DNA of 64,000 nt from Thermoanaerobaculia bacterium (lineage in GTDB: Bacteria; Acidobacteriota; Thermoanaerobaculia; Multivoradales; Multivoraceae). The position numbers and the translations under genes are program-made. Below the pieces are notes generated by a model. That model worked only from the letters and a program-made list of their open reading frames with translations, searched no databases and was not told the DNA's origin. The stretch spans positions 1,696,001 through 1,760,000 of the forward strand of contig OY761158.1 in the NCBI GenBank assembly GCA_963664405.1. The letters are read 5' to 3'. Each line of letters begins with the position of its first letter. The first letter of the stretch is position 1. Below are positions 50,015-59,431 of the stretch, in pieces.

Positions 50015-50794
50015 CTAGTCACTCTCGACCGAAATATCCTCGACCGTCACCTGAACCGGCTCGGCGTCATCATCGAGCCCGGCGAGCCATAGACAGACGC
50101 TGTTGAAGGTGCCGGCGACGGGGTCGCGGCGGAAGCGGTAGTCGGCGGCGACCACTACCGGTGGCCCTCCGTCGATCGAGGCTTCCATATCGTAAGTGCC
50201 TCGCTTCGGGTCCAGAGTGGCCGTCATGGTGTATGTGGCGTCGCCCAAAAAAGGCACCAGATTCTCGGCTTCGAAGGTGCCGTCGCCGAGGCCATCACCG
50301 TCACGACCCATGATCTTGCCCTGTGACCCGCGGAGGTAGAGCATCGCCCCAATCGACTGAAAGAACGGCCAAGGATGACCGTTCTTTGAGTAGTTGGCGC
50401 TGTCATCGACGCTCAGCGAGAAGTTGGGAGGCATTCCGGACTTCATATTGTCGACGCGCACTCGGATCTTGATCGAGAAAACGTCGTCCTGCGGCGGGAT
50501 CGGCACCCACGCCCAGCGATTGACGCGGTAACGATCGCCCTTCATTACGATCTCGCCATCCACCACCTCGAAGTAGTCGGCCCCCACAAGAGCACCCGAG
50601 GCGGGCTGGATGGTGGACCAACCGCAATTCCCGTCGAGCGCTCCCGGGCTCAGCTTCGCAAGATTGAGTGGGTCACAGCCTCCAGGGCCCCGCGACTGCG
50701 AGAAAAGAACCGACACCGCGAGCAGAACCCTACCGACCACGATTCCGAGTAGGGACAAAGGCCTTCTGACGTCCCGTCTCGAGCTCACTTCCAC
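50015..50794 (-). CDS. Secreted hypothetical protein (beta-sandwich-like)
   Basis: Hydrophobic N-terminus and beta-rich 259-aa ORF. Confidence 0.6.
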   Translation of the reverse strand: MEVSSRRDVRRPLSLLGIVVGRVLLAVSVLFSQSRGPGGCDPLNLAKLSPGALDGNCGWSTIQPASGALVGADYFEVVDGEIVMKGDRYRVNRWAWVPIPPQDDVFSIKIRVRVDNMKSGMPPNFSLSVDDSANYSKNGHPWPFFQSIGAMLYLRGSQGKIMGRDGDGLGDGTFEAENLVPFLGDATYTMTATLDPKRGTYDMEASIDGGPPVVVAADYRFRRDPVAGTFNSVCLWLAGLDDDAEPVQVTVEDISVESD

Positions 50795-50881
50795 CCTCTG
50801 CAGCTCAGTACCTGAAGTTCTTGAACCCGCAGACGAAGAGAGCGCGGATCGGATTCCCGAAGAGGCAGAGGCATGGCACTT

Positions 50882-51784
50882 TCACGCCACCGGCTCCTCA
50901 GCTGGCTGACAAGAATCTTGGCACCAACGACTCAACCAACGACGGGCGAGGTCAGGAAAATCGGTGAAGACTCCGTCAACGCCGTATTCGCCGAAAAAGA
51001 GTGCCAGTTCGTCGTCGAAGGTGGAAAAGTGCCCAGGCAGATCGTCGGCCCTGAAAGTGTAGGCGTGGACAGCAAGCCTTCGTTGATGCGCCCACTCTGC
51101 CAGGCGCGGGTTCGCTTCCAACAAACTCTTCGCCAGTCCGATCGCGTTGGCAAAACCTGAGATCTCGTCGAGAAGGGCTTCGCTCACCTCGTCGCTGCCG
51201 CCGAGGAGACGCACCTGGGGCAGACGCGAGCCCAAGCGGCGCAACCTTTCCAAGGGCTCCGACTCGAAACATTGCACGAAGATGCGGGCATCCCCTCCGT
51301 CGTATCCATGAGCCTGCACAATCTCGAGGAAGTCCTGCTCCATCGGCAGATCGTTCTGACGATGCCAGGCAGGAGCCTTTAGCTCGGGGTAGATCCCCAC
51401 GTCGCGACCGGTCGTAAGGTTGAGACCTTGCACCAGCTCGATCATCTCTTCGAAGGTAGGGACTTCAAAGCGGGCTGCCGAAGCGCGGGGGAAACGCCCC
51501 TCCAATCGCTCGTGCACACGCAGACATCGGATCTCCTCGAGGCTGAGATCAGCCGCATACCATCGGCCATCTTCTCGCCGCGCCTCGGGGAAGACCTCAC
51601 GGACATCGGTGGTGGCCTCCAGATAGATGTCGTGAAGGCAGATGAAAGCACCGTCCCGCGTCCGCACGAGGTCCGGCTCGATGAAGTCTGCGCCCAGCGA
51701 GTGAGCCACGGCGTACGCCGGAAGCGTGTGCTCGGGCAGATAGCCGCTGGCGCCGCGGTGGCCGACAACGATCTGCTCGCTCAT
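50882..51784 (-). CDS. glpQ: Glycerophosphodiester phosphodiesterase
   Basis: GHRGASGYLPEHT, IEPDLV, HD, IYPELK, DGVFTDFPD. Confidence 0.93.
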   Translation of the reverse strand: MSEQIVVGHRGASGYLPEHTLPAYAVAHSLGADFIEPDLVRTRDGAFICLHDIYLEATTDVREVFPEARREDGRWYAADLSLEEIRCLRVHERLEGRFPRASAARFEVPTFEEMIELVQGLNLTTGRDVGIYPELKAPAWHRQNDLPMEQDFLEIVQAHGYDGGDARIFVQCFESEPLERLRRLGSRLPQVRLLGGSDEVSEALLDEISGFANAIGLAKSLLEANPRLAEWAHQRRLAVHAYTFRADDLPGHFSTFDDELALFFGEYGVDGVFTDFPDLARRWLSRWCQDSCQPAEEPVA

Positions 51785-51945
51785 AGGTCGAATTGCACTA
51801 TGGACACAGCCCCTGTCTCACAGTCCTGATCAAGGCCCCTACCCAATAGAACGCAGTCTGCGAGTGTACCCATGATCCGCTGTCGATTCTCCGCTCCTAT
51901 CTTCGTCTATTGGGAGAACGGCCACAAACCAAAAGGAGAAAACAG

Positions 51946-52299
51946 ATGTCCCAATTCATTCTTCTGCTCCATGAGCGCACCACCGACTTCAGTGGAATGT
52001 CCCCCGAGGAAATGCAGAGCGTCATCGCCGAGTACAGCGCCTGGAGCCAACAGATGGCGGAGGCCGGCAACCTCGTCGGGGGGCACAAGCTCACCGCCGA
52101 CAATGGCCGCCGACTGTCCGGTTGGGAAGGAGAGTTCTCCGCCACCGATGGACCCCACGCGGAAGCCAAGGAAGTCATCGGCGGCCTCTTTCACATCAAC
52201 GCCGAGGACTACGACTCGGCAGTCGAGCTCTGTCGCAGCTGCCCCCATCTCAAATACGGTGGCCGGATCGAGCTCCGCCAGATCGATCTGATCGACTGA
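51946..52299 (+). CDS. YciI/DGPF family protein
   Basis: TDGPHAEAKEVIGG, IELRQI; AAGGAG RBS; upstream of an ECF sigma factor. Confidence 0.88.
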   Translation: MSQFILLLHERTTDFSGMSPEEMQSVIAEYSAWSQQMAEAGNLVGGHKLTADNGRRLSGWEGEFSATDGPHAEAKEVIGGLFHINAEDYDSAVELCRSCPHLKYGGRIELRQIDLID

Positions 52300-52300
52300 G

Positions 52301-52435
52301 CTAGCCAGAGAAAATGATGAATCTCATTTCCTCTGACTAGTTGCTGTTGGCGCCGAGGACGGCGCTCGCAGAGAAAATGATGAATATCATTTCCTCTGAC
52401 TAGTTGCTGTTTGGCGCCGAGGACGGCGCTCGCAG
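52301..52435. repeat. 63-bp tandem duplication of hairpin + ttggcgccgaggacggcgc motif
   Basis: Units start at 52306 and 52369. Confidence 0.85.
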
Positions 52436-52499
52436 GACTTGCTTCCTGTTCGCTTCGAGCGGCGTTTCCGGCTGAGGGCCTGTGAGAAGAGGCCATAGG

Positions 52500-53786
52500 A
52501 TGGATGCCGTGGCGGATGCGACTCGATCGGGCGAGCTCGACACCTTGGTCGACCATCTCTTCCGACGCGAGTCGGGGCGGCTGGTCGCCCGGTTGCTGCG
52601 AGCGCTCGGTCCCGAGCACTTCGAGCTCGCCGAAGAAGCGGTACAGGAAGCGATGATGCAGGCCCTGCGAAGCTGGCCTCTGGCCGGTACTCCCAAAGAG
52701 CCCGCGGCGTGGCTGTCGAGGGTGGCCAAGAATCGCGCCCTCGACGTGCTACGCCGTCGGACCAGCTTCGAGAACAAGCGCCCCGATGTGGTCTCACTGA
52801 TGGAAGCACGCCTCGAGCGCCTGCCGGAGCCCGGCTTCTCAGGCGAGATCGAGGACGACCAGCTTCGACTGATCTTTACCTGCTGTCACCCGACTGTCCC
52901 TGGCGATGCACGGATCGCCCTGACACTGAAGACCGTCTGCGGTTTCTCGGTCGCGGAGATCGCGCGAGCCTTCATGGCCAAGGAGTCGACGGTTGCGCAA
53001 CGGTTGACGCGAGCCAAGCGCCTGATCGCGGAACGCGGGATCCCGTACGCCGTACCGCCCCCTCAGGAGCTCCACGCGCGCTCGAGCTCGGTGCTCAAAG
53101 TCGTCTATCTGATGTTCAACGAGGGCTACGCACCGGGCGGGGGCGAGGCGGTGATACGCGCCGACATCTGCGAAGAGGCATGTCGCCTCGCGCGAGTGCT
53201 CGCGGATCACCCGCTCACCGGCTCCGGCGCCAGCCAAGCCCTCGCCGCCCTGCTGCTCCTACAGGGTGCCCGACTCCCCACCCGTGAGGGACCAAACGGG
53301 GAGATCCTGCTGCTCGAGGAACAGGATCGCACGCGCTGGAGCGCCGCCTGGCTCGAGGAGGGATTTTGGCGCCTTCGGGCGGCCATGGAGACCGAGGAGC
53401 TCACTCCCTACCACCTCGAGGCCGGCATTGCCGCCTGCCACGCCGCCGCGCCCACCTACGCCGACACCGACTGGCCTGCCATCCTCGCCTACTACGAGCA
53501 ACTGGAGCAGATTCAACCCTCCCCGGTAACGACCTTGAACCGAGCGATCGCGGTGGCGATGGTGGAGGGACCCGAAGCAGGTCTTCGCCTCCTGAGGCCG
53601 CTGGGCGCTGAGCGGGAGCTCTCCAAGTACTATCTACTACCGGCTACGGAGGCCGAGCTCCTTCGCCGCTCCGGGGAGCGTGACCAGGCCGCTGAGAGCC
53701 TCCGACGCGCGCTCGACCTCGCCACTTCCGAGCCGGTGAAACGACTCCTGGAAATGAGACTGGCAGCCTGCATGGCCGGCGACTGA
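52500..53786 (+). CDS. ECF sigma factor with long C-terminal extension (ECF42/DUF6596 type)
   Basis: AEEAVQEA, DDQLRLIFTCCHP, YLMFNEGY, TDWPAI, LNRAIAVA; next to a DGPF gene. Confidence 0.9.
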   Translation: MDAVADATRSGELDTLVDHLFRRESGRLVARLLRALGPEHFELAEEAVQEAMMQALRSWPLAGTPKEPAAWLSRVAKNRALDVLRRRTSFENKRPDVVSLMEARLERLPEPGFSGEIEDDQLRLIFTCCHPTVPGDARIALTLKTVCGFSVAEIARAFMAKESTVAQRLTRAKRLIAERGIPYAVPPPQELHARSSSVLKVVYLMFNEGYAPGGGEAVIRADICEEACRLARVLADHPLTGSGASQALAALLLLQGARLPTREGPNGEILLLEEQDRTRWSAAWLEEGFWRLRAAMETEELTPYHLEAGIAACHAAAPTYADTDWPAILAYYEQLEQIQPSPVTTLNRAIAVAMVEGPEAGLRLLRPLGAERELSKYYLLPATEAELLRRSGERDQAAESLRRALDLATSEPVKRLLEMRLAACMAGD

Positions 53787-53826
53787 GCCCCTCCTCGGCT
53801 GCTAGTGTTGTGTCTCCGACATGGCA

Positions 53827-53993
53827 CTAGACCAGCGTTTCCAAAGTCGCGCTACAATAGCTCGCGGTCATTCTGTTCGCTGGCAAGGCGCGCCGACGTA
53901 GGCATATTGGGGAATATGTCGAGGAGGCGCAACGCCGCCAGCGGGGCAGAACGGGCCGAGATATGTAGCGCTACTTTGGAAACGCTGGTCTAG
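53827..53993 (+). mobile_element. Palindromic ERIC/MITE-like element, arm family A, copy 2
   Basis: ctagaccagcgtttccaaagt...actttggaaacgctggtctag. Confidence 0.8.
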
Positions 53994-54043
53994 ATGCACC
54001 ACAGCGGCGAGCGACGTAGTATGGGGCGACGAAGGAGATCGCT

Positions 54044-54777
54044 ATGAGGCCCCAAAGCTGACCCCCGCAACCCTCGCCCTGAGCTTGACCGCAGCCTGCC
54101 TGGCCTCCACATCCGCGACAGCGCAGGGACCCGCTCCGGACCGAACGGTCACTGTTGTAGGCCGGGGCGAAGTCAGCGTGGCTCCCGACGTGGCCATCCT
54201 CGAGCTGGCGGTCGAAACCACAGCTACCGAGGCGCAACAGGCTACGGCTGAGAATGCGGAGAAGGCGACCGCAGTGGTCGAGGCACTCCGGGCCAAGCTC
54301 AGTAGCGAAGACACGGTGGCCACGACTCGCTATCAGCTCGATCCCCGCTACGCCGCCAGGCGACCGGGCAGTCAGGCGCCTCCCGAGATCACCGGCTATG
54401 TCGCCCGTAACTTCATTCGCGCCGAAGTGCACGCACTCGACAGCGTTGGAGAGGTTCTAGACGCCGCGATCGAAGCCGGCGCCAACCGAATGACTCAGCT
54501 CAACTTCGCGCTCGAGGAGCGCGGGCCACACCTCGCGGAAGCTCTGAGCCGAGCCGGGAGCGAAGCTCGAGCCCAAGCCGTCAGTATCGCCGATGCGCTC
54601 GGAGTGAAACTACGAGAAGTCCTCAGCGCATCCACGACGGCTCCCCCAGCGGCTCCCTCGAACCGCGTCCAACGTTTCGCTGTATCGGCGGCCATGGAGG
54701 CAGCCCCCTCGACACCTGTCGAGCCCGGCGAGATCCACCTCACGGCGACGCTCACGGTCACTTATCGCATCGAGTAG
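54044..54777 (+). CDS. SIMPL/DUF541 family protein, apparent frameshift just after the ATG
   Basis: VTVVGRGEVSVAPD, ITGY, LDAAIEAGAN, PVEPGE. The RBS-preceded ATG at 54044 is out of frame with the signal peptide. Confidence 0.82.
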
Positions 54778-54794
54778 CCGCGCGGTCGGCGGCA

Positions 54795-54848
54795 GACGGT
54801 GACGACCGGCACCAGCTCGGTCGGGTTCTCATCCTCGAGCGGAAACAT
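54795..54848 (-). pseudogene. N-terminal remnant of a rhomboid protease
   Basis: MFPLEDENPTELVPVVTV resembles the rhomboid start MFPLxDxNP...PxVT. Confidence 0.5.
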
Positions 54849-54871
54849 GGGCCTGCCTCGCCGGCCGCGAC

Positions 54872-55050
54872 CTAGACCAGCGTTTCCAAAGTTCGTGCTG
54901 CATAGCTCGAGCTCATTCTGTTCGCTGGCCAGGCGCGCCGACGCAGGCATATTGGGCAATATGTCGAGGAGCGCGGGGGCGCCTAGCCAACGCCGGCAGC
55001 GGGCAGAAGGGGCCGAGATATGTGCGCGAACTTTGGAAACGCTGGTCTCG
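54872..55050 (+). mobile_element. Palindromic ERIC/MITE-like element, arm family A, copy 3 (with core insert)
   Basis: Same arms as 25611 and 53827; extra gcgcgggggcgcctagcc at 54971-54988. Confidence 0.8.
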
Positions 55051-55054
55051 ACCC

Positions 55055-55369
55055 CTATTGGTCGATCAGGCGCGCGAGCTCGAAGTCGAATCGGGTCAGC
55101 CCTCCGGCATCGTGAGTCGACAGGGTCAAGGTCACTCGATTGTAGCGAATGTCGATATCTGGGTGATGCGCTCGATCCTCTGCCAACTCACCGACGAAGC
55201 TCACGAAGGCGAGAGCGGCCCGGAAGCTCGGAAACTGGTAGGTACGCTGAATCGAGCTGCGTCGGTCGCGACCTTTCCACCCGGGTGTATCTCGTAGCTC
55301 TGCCGAGATCTCTTTGTTTTTCAGCTTGCCGGGTCGCGAAGAACCGCTACTCTTGGCTTCTGTCATCAT
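55055..55369 (-). CDS. phhB: 4a-hydroxytetrahydrobiopterin dehydratase
   Basis: AHHPDIDI, LSTHDAGGLT motifs. Confidence 0.92.
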   Translation of the reverse strand: MMTEAKSSGSSRPGKLKNKEISAELRDTPGWKGRDRRSSIQRTYQFPSFRAALAFVSFVGELAEDRAHHPDIDIRYNRVTLTLSTHDAGGLTRFDFELARLIDQ

Positions 55370-55510
55370 CTCCTCCTCTTATCTACACTCCGTCAGCAGA
55401 TGCCCCACTCTAGTCGAAAAGCCTGAGCTCGAGGGCTGCCGGGTTTCTAGACTCGTAGGGGGGCTCGCCGTAGAATGACCTGTCTTGCCCCTTTAAAGGA
55501 GAGTCCTGAA

Positions 55511-56422
55511 ATGAGAAAGCCGCTGTCCACCAGCCTCCCGCTTCTTTTCCTCACCGCGCTAGCGGGCGCGGCCCTCGCCGGCGTTGCGCTCGCAGCCGAT
55601 GGCGAAGCTCGACTTCTCACCGTCGAGATCACCCCCGACGTCGTCTACGGCCACAAGAGTGGCATGGCCCTGACCTATGACGTGATCCAACCCGCGCAAG
55701 CCAATGGCGCCGGTATTCTCTACATGGTCAGCGGCGGCTGGTTCTCTCGCTGGTCGCCTCCGGAGAAGACGGCAGAGAACTTCGAAGGGCTTCTCGACAA
55801 AGGATTTACGGTGTTTGCGGTGCGACACGGATCGGCGCCGCGATTTAAGGTACCTGAAGCGGTAGAGGATGTGAAACTGGCGACCCGCTTCATTCGTTTG
55901 CATGCCGCCGATTACGGTGTCGACTCCGATCGTCTCGGCGTCTTCGGCGGCAGTGCCGGCGGTCATCTTTCTCTCATGCTAGGCACCACCGGCGACGAGG
56001 GGGATGCCGATTCGAAGGATCCGGCACTGCGGGAAAGTAGTCGCGTCGCCGCCGCTGTCGCCTACTTTCCACCGGTTGACCTCAGGGAGTCAGTCGGGCC
56101 CAACGATCGCTTCCCAGCACTCGACTTCGACCCCACGCTCGCCGCGGCGATCTCTCCCATTCTCCACGTCTCGCCGGATGACGTACCCACTCTCATGATC
56201 CACGGAGACAAGGACACTTTGGTACCTCTCCACAACAGCGAGAGAATTCTGAAAGCCTTCGAGGAAGTGGGTGTAGGTACCGATCTGATCGTCCTCGAGG
56301 GCGCCGGCCATGGATTCCGCGGAGCCCACGCCGAGACCGCGAGAGAGGCGATGGCGAACTGGTTCGAGACCCATCTCGGCGGAGCGCAGGCTCACTCGGA
56401 GGCCCAAAGCACCGCACGGTGA
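55511..56422 (+). CDS. Secreted alpha/beta hydrolase (esterase/BD-FAE-like)
   Basis: SGGW, GGSAGGHL, IHGDKD, GAGHGF. Confidence 0.9.
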   Translation: MRKPLSTSLPLLFLTALAGAALAGVALAADGEARLLTVEITPDVVYGHKSGMALTYDVIQPAQANGAGILYMVSGGWFSRWSPPEKTAENFEGLLDKGFTVFAVRHGSAPRFKVPEAVEDVKLATRFIRLHAADYGVDSDRLGVFGGSAGGHLSLMLGTTGDEGDADSKDPALRESSRVAAAVAYFPPVDLRESVGPNDRFPALDFDPTLAAAISPILHVSPDDVPTLMIHGDKDTLVPLHNSERILKAFEEVGVGTDLIVLEGAGHGFRGAHAETAREAMANWFETHLGGAQAHSEAQSTAR

Positions 56423-56444
56423 GCGCATCAAACGAGAGCGAACG

Positions 56445-56490
56445 ATGACACTTGGCTATATCGACCCGGCGAGTGGAAGCTTCGTCGGTC
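56445..56490 (+). pseudogene. Remnant of a small YIDPGSGS-type membrane protein
   Basis: MTLGYIDPASGSFV, then protein-like sequence is lost. Confidence 0.35.
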
Positions 56491-56579
56491 CCTCATGGCC
56501 AAGACGTGCCGAACCTCCAACAGCAAGCTGCGAAGCCTTTTGGACACTCGCTCTCCCCCGGCGCCGCACCGAGTATCGA

Positions 56580-56855
56580 TCAACCGTATCGGACTTGAAA
56601 CTGTCCGAGCTCGGTTCGCTCCGTATCCTCACACATCTCGACCTCGTCGACATGGGCTCCGGGCGGACCCGTCCGACACCAGCCGGCAAGGGCCTCGATA
56701 TGTTCGCGAGGAGCTTCGGCGACCAGCTCCACCCGCCCGTCAGGGAGGTTGCGAACCCAGCCTCGGATCTCCAGCTCTCTGGCCTTCGCCATGGTGGAGG
56801 CTCGGTACCAGACACCCTGGACCCGTCCAGAGACAACAATACGGACGCGGCGCAA
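56580..56855 (-). CDS. acyP: Acylphosphatase
   Basis: VSGRVQGVWYR, GWVRNLPDGRVE, GPPGA. Start approximate. Confidence 0.9.
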   Translation of the reverse strand: MRRVRIVVSGRVQGVWYRASTMAKARELEIRGWVRNLPDGRVELVAEAPREHIEALAGWCRTGPPGAHVDEVEMCEDTERTELGQFQVRYG

Positions 56856-56899
56856 AGCTAGGGATTCCGGCCAGATTCGAAACCGCCAGACTGAGGGAA

Positions 56900-57385
56900 T
56901 CAGTTGGGTTCGGCGACCGGGATGCTCTCTTCGTAGGTCACTTCCATGCGATCGAGATAGTGATCCCATTTGCGCACGCTGAGTCCCATCATCACCAGCA
57001 AAATAATAAACATGACGCTGTAAGAGATCAGCCTGGTACGGTTGCTGGTCAGCCCGAGCCGGCGAGCGCGGTACATGCTGAGGGCTTCCCAAGCGGCGAG
57101 CACGGTCAGGATCATGCCGATGATGAGATAGGTCCAGTTGAAAGTCGGCGTGCCATAGACTTCGATCGGGCCGCTCTCCTCGAGGGGCAAGTAGAAGTAG
57201 GCGAAGGCAACATAGGGGACCAGCAACAGGAGCGTAACGACGTGAAATACGACCCTGGAGAGGTTCTGCGAAAGGCCGTCCCTCCGCGCGCGCAAAACGC
57301 CAATCAGTTCGTTGCCGGCAATCAGGAATACCGCAACGGCGAGTAGAATCTCTAAGATCGTGTATGAGCCAAGCATCCCCTTCAT
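56900..57385 (-). CDS. Four-helix membrane protein
   Basis: Four hydrophobic segments with an internal repeat (RARRDGL / RARRLGL). Confidence 0.7.
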   Translation of the reverse strand: MKGMLGSYTILEILLAVAVFLIAGNELIGVLRARRDGLSQNLSRVVFHVVTLLLLVPYVAFAYFYLPLEESGPIEVYGTPTFNWTYLIIGMILTVLAAWEALSMYRARRLGLTSNRTRLISYSVMFIILLVMMGLSVRKWDHYLDRMEVTYEESIPVAEPN

Positions 57386-57505
57386 CCCTTCAAACAGTCA
57401 GTATGAGCATCTCGATTCACACTATACGCAAGTGGCGAAAAGGTAATATTACTACTTTTGCTGACGATCCCACAATCTCGTCCTCATAAGCAGGAAGGAT
57501 CCGAA

Positions 57506-59254
57506 ATGCCCGACGACCCTGCCAAGAAGCGCAAAGGATGCCTGATCGTGGCCGTCGTGCTGCTACTCCTGCTGTTGATTCCGGTGACCCTGTTCTGGCT
57601 GATGGTACGAAGCTTCGAGCAACAGGAGACCCATGTGGACGGCGGCAGTGTGCTCGAGATCAACCTTTCGCAGCTATCCGGCGAAGGGCCGGCCGAGATC
57701 GACTTCGGACCTCTATTCTCCGTTCCACTCTTCTCACTATGGGAGCTCGGAAGAGTCATCGACCACGCAGCCACAGACGACGACATCGTCGCGGTGCGAC
57801 TCCTACCGAGCGGTGCGTCGGTGGGCTGGGCTGCCGCCGAAGAGATCCTTTCCCACCTCGACTCTTTCCGCGACTCCGACAAGCCAGTTCACGCTCTTCT
57901 CGAGTCTGACATCGTCGTCGACCTCGAGTACTTTCTCGCCACCGGAGCCGATCGCATTCGGGTTCCTGCAGAGAGCGCCGCAGCAATCAACGGCCTGGCG
58001 GCGGAGGCCCACTTCTACCGGGGCACTCTGGACAAGCTCCACATCGAGCCTCAGGTCTTCATGTACAAAGAGTATAAGAGTGCCGGCGAGGCCTATGCCA
58101 ACTATGAGATGAGCCCCTATATGAGGGAGTCTCTAGAGGTCTTGCTCGAAGCCACCCACGACCTATTCGTCAAGCGAGTCTCCGAGCGTCGGGGCCTTCC
58201 TATCGATAGCATTCACGCATTCCTCGAGCGCGGACTGGCACCTGCTCGAGCCCTGGTCGAGGCCGGCCTGGTGGACAACCTAGGCTTCCGCGAGGACCTC
58301 GAAGAGGAGCTCGGCGGAATCGACGGAAGCGATGGATATCGAGGCATCAGCGTCGGCGACTACCTGGCTTCCCTACCGGACACGACCCGACGAGGGGAGA
58401 AGATCGCTCTCGTTTTCGGCGAAGGTCCGGTGGTGACCCGGGCTTCGTCGTCGCTCTTCCCGCTGCTGTCGACCCGGATTCTTGCCGGTAACCGGGTAGC
58501 AGCCGACATTCGTGAAGCCACCGCGGACGACCAGGTGCGTGCCATCGTTTTTCGAGTCAACAGCCCAGGTGGATCCGTATTGGGGTCAGACCTGGTCCGT
58601 CGCGCCGTCGTGTCGGCTCAAGCGGCCGGCAAGCCGGTGGTAGTGAGCATGTCTGACATGGCCGCCTCGGGCGGCTACTGGGTGTCGATGGAGGCTGACG
58701 CCATCGTCGCCCAGGCCACCACGATAACCGGCTCTATCGGAGTGCTCTTCACCAAGCTCAATCTCGACGGCTTCTTTGCCTGGCTCGGCACCCACGTGGA
58801 GCGAGTCGCAACCTCTCCCGCCGCCCATGTGTTGAGCACCGGTCCTCTGGATGAATCCGAGGAGGCCGGCATTCGGGCGTGGATGGACGAGGTCTACGCC
58901 TCCTTCACCGGCCACATCGCAACCGCCCGCGGCCTCGATCCTGAGAAGGTGCAAGAGATCGCTCGGGGGCGAGTCTGGTCGGGTCAGGACGCCCTCGAGC
59001 TCGGCCTCGTAGACCGCCTCGGAGGACTCCGAGAGGCCTTTGAGATCGCCAAGGAGAAGGCCGGGCTCGACCCGCTGGTCGAGTACGGGGTCACCGTCTT
59101 CCCTCGCCCCAAATCCCTCTTCACCAGGCTCTTCGAGGGCGACCTCGAGGCTCCAAGTATGCCCATCCTGGAGCGAAGTGCTCTGATCGAGTGGGCTCGC
59201 GGACTCGCGGCCCCTCAGGTGCAGGCCCGCGCGCCCCACATCCGCATCCACTAG
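57506..59254 (+). CDS. sppA: Signal peptide peptidase SppA (67K type)
   Basis: N-terminal anchor, YKSAGE, RVNSPGGS, AASGGYW, TGSIGV, GRVWSG. Confidence 0.93.
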   Translation: MPDDPAKKRKGCLIVAVVLLLLLLIPVTLFWLMVRSFEQQETHVDGGSVLEINLSQLSGEGPAEIDFGPLFSVPLFSLWELGRVIDHAATDDDIVAVRLLPSGASVGWAAAEEILSHLDSFRDSDKPVHALLESDIVVDLEYFLATGADRIRVPAESAAAINGLAAEAHFYRGTLDKLHIEPQVFMYKEYKSAGEAYANYEMSPYMRESLEVLLEATHDLFVKRVSERRGLPIDSIHAFLERGLAPARALVEAGLVDNLGFREDLEEELGGIDGSDGYRGISVGDYLASLPDTTRRGEKIALVFGEGPVVTRASSSLFPLLSTRILAGNRVAADIREATADDQVRAIVFRVNSPGGSVLGSDLVRRAVVSAQAAGKPVVVSMSDMAASGGYWVSMEADAIVAQATTITGSIGVLFTKLNLDGFFAWLGTHVERVATSPAAHVLSTGPLDESEEAGIRAWMDEVYASFTGHIATARGLDPEKVQEIARGRVWSGQDALELGLVDRLGGLREAFEIAKEKAGLDPLVEYGVTVFPRPKSLFTRLFEGDLEAPSMPILERSALIEWARGLAAPQVQARAPHIRIH

Positions 59255-59431
59255 CGGACCGTAACACTCGAACGTTTAGTGGCTGAGTGAGTCATTCGTG
59301 GTCGAGATCAAGGCGCGCTGACGCAGGCATAGCGGGGACTATGTCGAGGAACGTGGGGGCGCCCAGCCAACGCAGAGATCGGCCGCGAGGGCCGCTCAGG
59401 CGCTAAACGTTTGGGTGTTACGGTCCACTAG
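59251..59431 (+). mobile_element. Palindromic ERIC/MITE-like element, arm family B, copy 1 (with core insert)
   Basis: ctagcggaccgtaacac...gtgttacggtccactag; core shared with family A. Confidence 0.8.

Noticed and set aside
52301-52435. Mini-CRISPR
   Set aside because: Only two near-identical 63-bp units and no distinct spacer.
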